From: Craspedostauros australis
Lineage: Eukaryota
Reading direction: 5' to 3'
Length of the DNA stretch: 36,176 nt
NCBI GenBank assembly: GCA_030167865.1
Contig: JALAGF010005501.1
Span: forward strand, 1-36,176
Under the pieces are notes generated by a model. It saw nothing but the letters and a program-made list of their open reading frames with translations. It ran no database searches and was not told the DNA's origin. A program made the translations under genes and the position numbers. This document shows, piece by piece, positions 32,880-36,176 of the stretch (positions within the stretch are counted from its first letter, which is position 1; each line of letters opens with the position of its first letter).

Positions 32880-33605
32880 ATGATATCGCTGCTGACACCT
32901 TCTCCGCTGCATTCTGCACTTGTCACACTGGCGAGTCTTGTCTCTGCCAGCGACATCAGCAACCCATTTGGCGTCGGCTTACTCTGTGCCGCGATCGCCG
33001 CCACTTCCGCAACGTTGCAGTCTGCCGAAGTCGTCGCTGCCACAGTGCCTCCACCGTCCAACACCGTCGTAATCGTGCAACAGCAACCGACGCCCGTGTT
33101 GGAGGTCATCAAGGTCTACGGTAGATTGGCAGGACCGTCATGCTATGGTTCCATCGCTCCGAAGGGATCCTCCTGCCAGGTGGTGCTGGACGATCTCTTA
33201 TCGAAGACGCCGACACTGGACAAAGCTCAATTCGAATCGTATCTGCAGCAACAGCAGTTCCAGTGGCCGCTGAAGCCGTACGGCATCGACAAGTCTTTAT
33301 CCAAGACGGCCGTCATGAACAAGGGCGCCGAAACGCGCGTATACATGGAGGAATTGGAGCGCAGAGGCCTGTACAATCCACGCAACCCAGCAGGTCCGTT
33401 GCCGTCCTCCTTGCGACCCAAAATGAATGCGCAAATCCAGAATGAATCATTCCAGGTGGATCGGGTTTTTGCGGCGATGTCATCGGACGCGGAACGAAGT
33501 GTAATCGATGTGGAGCAACTCAAGGCCAAGTACCCGGAGGGCGTCTTCGATTACTACGACTTTTTGGACTTGATCGGCAAGGAGACCATCCTGTGGCCGT
33601 ATTAG
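32880..33605 (+). CDS. Hypothetical protein (241 aa) with hydrophobic N-terminal targeting-like region
   Basis: ATG-initiated ORF with protein-like composition and GC3-rich codons. Two hydrophobic N-terminal stretches. Its 3' end converges with the SfsA-domain gene. No family recognised. Confidence 0.75.
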   Translation: MISLLTPSPLHSALVTLASLVSASDISNPFGVGLLCAAIAATSATLQSAEVVAATVPPPSNTVVIVQQQPTPVLEVIKVYGRLAGPSCYGSIAPKGSSCQVVLDDLLSKTPTLDKAQFESYLQQQQFQWPLKPYGIDKSLSKTAVMNKGAETRVYMEELERRGLYNPRNPAGPLPSSLRPKMNAQIQNESFQVDRVFAAMSSDAERSVIDVEQLKAKYPEGVFDYYDFLDLIGKETILWPY

Positions 33606-33766
33606 ACGAGCATGGATTATAGTCGGGTGTATCCGAGAAGAGTACAGCAGAGTTCTCCGTATTTTGCAATTTATAGCGCGACGGTGTAATGTTGACCTTG
33701 CAGTGTCACTCCGATCTAAGAGCACTTGTGGTTCTCTTGAGTACGTCCAACCTCTCGCGGGCCTCA

Positions 33767-35620
33767 CTATGCACGCTTCCCTCTCGTCGATTTCGCCTTA
33801 CTCTTCGTCGGGCCATCCTTCTGCTCACATAGTCGTGCTTTCCCACCTTCGCATCCGTCAATTTTGTCTCCGTCGTCCGGCCAAACAATGTCGATTAAAT
33901 CACCTTCGAAGCACTTCCCCAGCTTGTCTTTGCCTTCCCCCCACCGCACCTGCTTGGCCAACACCTGCACGCCACTATCCTTCGCCATCTTGAGGTACTT
34001 CGCAAACGACGGACACGCGTCGTGGTTGGGCCGGAATACGACGGCATCTTCGCGAATGACCACGAACAGGATTGTGGCATCATACCGCTCTTCGTCTTGA
34101 TTGACATGCTCGCCTTTTGCCACCTTGGCCAATTCCCTCACATGCTTGATCGCCCGAGCGCTGACGACCGATTCGCCGTCAGGCCCTTTCTGATTGGAAT
34201 TGCCCCACGGAAAGATCCCGTTGCGTCGATAAGGCTGTTGGCTGTTGGTGAAAACGCACTTGACGTTGTTTGTGGGCAGCGAGTCGGGCGCGTAATCCGT
34301 ATCCACCACCGTCTTGACTTCCACGATACGTCGCCGTAAAGCCGGATCTTTATGCCGCACGACGAAATCGGCGCGCATGTCCATGCCTAACGGATTGCGC
34401 ACTTCACGTCGGAAGGAGTGCACGGCGGGAAAGTCATCGCCCAGCAGATTGTGTCCGATCAGCTGTTCCGCGATCTTCTCTCCCAAGCTCGGATGCGCAC
34501 CGACCCACACGGCTGGCGTGTACCCGAACGAGGTTTCATCCACGCGCAGCAGCTGGGCAATGTACTCGCATTTGGGCGTGTTGTATTTGGGGTTGACGGC
34601 GTTGGGTCCCACGAGGTCGCCCTTGCGATCGCGCGCTGGTTTCACGACGAGCTGCGCTCCAGACCTACATTTTCCGCCCATATCGAGGTTGGGCAGATGC
34701 ACAATGGCTTCGCGGTCTTCGTGCGGCAGGTAGACATCTCCGACGTACGGCGACCGATTGCGTTTCGACGGCCGGTGCCGCAGTTCACCAATGACGATGT
34801 CATCAGGCAGTTCGATCAGTGCGCCAGATTCTGGCAAAGCTTCAGCAACGCGGTCCGGTGCCGGACTCTTCGTTGATGCTTTCGTTTTTCGTTTGGTTGC
34901 GGATGCTGGTGCGGTGGTCTTGGCAACCTTCGTCGTTTTCCTTTTCGGAGTCTCGGTTGTCATGTCCTTACTTGTATTGGCGGCGTCATCATCCTGATAT
35001 TCGTCATCGTTGTTGTCCTTACTCTCAGGTTTTGACCTTTGCTTTCGCTTCTTCTCCTTTGACGGCAGAGATGCTGCTTCGTCTATTTCACTCTCCTTCG
35101 TGCTGTCACTTCTCTTCTTCGGCTTCCGCGCTGCCTTCCTGGATCGGGCGGCAGTGCTCCGTTTCGACCTCTTTGAACTGCCGTCATCGTTCTCAGCAAC
35201 AGCCGCAACAGCAACATCGTCCATAGTCATGTCGATTTCGAGAGGTCCGACAATGGACTTTCTGCTTCCCTTCTTGGCCTTGTCACTTCGAACATCTTCA
35301 TGGGTGCTGTCATCGAGCCGCCTGTCGCTCTCGTCATCAACATCGACAACGATGGGCTTGGCGTACGTGGATTGCTGCCGATTGCGACGAGATCGTGTCG
35401 TCACCATCTTGTCACCGTACAATGACGTCGTACTTCTAGTTGGAATGAGACGATAGCTGGGTCGATGGGAGAGTGACGCGAATGATGACGGTGTCAGTGA
35501 TAATGGTGATGACCATTCAACGATCGATTGATGCCGCTGCCACGCCCGCGGTTGTGGCTTCCAAGCATGGACCTGGAGGAACGGAAACAATGCGAGCAGG
35601 AGTCTCCGGTTCTTGTGCAT
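33767..35620 (-). CDS. sfsA: SfsA (sugar fermentation stimulation A)-domain protein, PD-(D/E)XK-fold, with signal/transit-like N-terminus and long charged linker (~617 aa)
   Basis: Motifs RPS..., HLPN, VGAHPSLGEKI, RADF, VEVKTV, FPWG, SARAIKHVREL and LFVVIRED..FRPN....PSFA....A...GV follow the SfsA motif order. Start inferred at ATG 35620 (MHKNRRLLLALFPFLQVHA-W). The upstream part of the ORF-track frame looks non-coding. Confidence 0.85.
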   Translation of the reverse strand: MHKNRRLLLALFPFLQVHAWKPQPRAWQRHQSIVEWSSPLSLTPSSFASLSHRPSYRLIPTRSTTSLYGDKMVTTRSRRNRQQSTYAKPIVVDVDDESDRRLDDSTHEDVRSDKAKKGSRKSIVGPLEIDMTMDDVAVAAVAENDDGSSKRSKRSTAARSRKAARKPKKRSDSTKESEIDEAASLPSKEKKRKQRSKPESKDNNDDEYQDDDAANTSKDMTTETPKRKTTKVAKTTAPASATKRKTKASTKSPAPDRVAEALPESGALIELPDDIVIGELRHRPSKRNRSPYVGDVYLPHEDREAIVHLPNLDMGGKCRSGAQLVVKPARDRKGDLVGPNAVNPKYNTPKCEYIAQLLRVDETSFGYTPAVWVGAHPSLGEKIAEQLIGHNLLGDDFPAVHSFRREVRNPLGMDMRADFVVRHKDPALRRRIVEVKTVVDTDYAPDSLPTNNVKCVFTNSQQPYRRNGIFPWGNSNQKGPDGESVVSARAIKHVRELAKVAKGEHVNQDEERYDATILFVVIREDAVVFRPNHDACPSFAKYLKMAKDSGVQVLAKQVRWGEGKDKLGKCFEGDLIDIVWPDDGDKIDGCEGGKARLCEQKDGPTKSKAKSTRGKRA

Positions 35621-36088
35621 GCTCCGTGCTGGTATTGATGGTGCGATGTGGAGGAAATGGTGCCATGTAGTGGTCTTTGCCCAACCCCGTTGCGGCTCCG
35701 GCTGCGATCCCATCACGTCTATCAGAGCAGTGGTATTGGTGTTGGTGGTGTGCCTCCGCATTACAAAGACCATCACCGCGCTCCTTCTGTGATGTCCCCC
35801 ACCAACAAACGACACAATCACGTCACAAGAAGAGAATTGAGTCAGTTTCACACGACCCACCTCTTCGAACGGGATTGCTGGTATCATAGCTTCAACACGT
35901 TCAACCACCCTCCGGTAGCAAAACGAGATTGTCTTCTCAACACGAGCAGCTGACAGAAACACACGCACACACACAAGACAGCTGCCAGAGGACCATATTA
36001 TTATAATAAATTTACATTGTATTCTATAATATGATGCATACCGCACCAGCACTGTCAAGCGAACGACTCTCTGTCGGCTTCATCATCT

Positions 36089-36175
36089 TCAAGTCGTGTT
36101 GGAACGCTGCTGGACCATTGTGACGAAGTCTTCCTTCGCATCTCTCGGATTGATCTTGGTCGAACTCAAAGATTC
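36089..36175 (-). CDS. Possible 3' end of a gene entering from beyond the window
   Basis: Open frame ESLSSTKINPRDAKEDFVTMVQQRSNTT* followed by an AT-rich 3'UTR-like tract (~35995-36035). Frame is uncertain. Confidence 0.3.
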   Translation of the reverse strand, partial: ESLSSTKINPRDAKEDFVTMVQQRSNTT

Positions 36176-36176
36176 C

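Noticed and set aside
461..35620. Functional carbohydrate gene cluster (galM, GT8, SDR, sfsA)
   Set aside because: The genes are dispersed, in mixed orientation, predicted for different compartments and interleaved with unrelated genes. The SfsA name does not imply sugar chemistry.

Overview
Eukaryotic nuclear DNA from a draft assembly (two N-gaps), very probably a diatom. The evidence is GT-AG introns, several bipartite signal+transit presequences (ASA-F, ATA-F, ATA-L, VHA-W), a membrane cyclase-phosphodiesterase fusion, and a secreted Pro/Thr/Ser- and Cys-rich protein with RxL and KxxK motifs. About 11 genes are supportable: aldose 1-epimerase (galM), an FG-rich tandem-ZZ zinc-finger protein, two low-complexity hypothetical proteins, a 3-exon receptor-type nucleotide cyclase/PDE, a 2-exon Cys-rich secreted protein, an amino-acid transporter, a DHRS1-like SDR, a 2-exon GT8 glycosyltransferase, a small hypothetical protein and an SfsA-domain protein. 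The other notable features are a peroxiredoxin-like pseudogene eroded by CpG transitions inside a CpG-poor island, a second CpG-poor island, and a 20/40-bp higher-order minisatellite at the window start. There is also a diverged direct repeat bracketing the cyclase gene, and a 391-bp duplication around an N-gap that is most likely an assembly artefact. No rRNA, tRNA, CRISPR or intact transposase was recognised, and I found no clearly novel multi-gene system. Family calls come from motif recognition by eye, not database searches.
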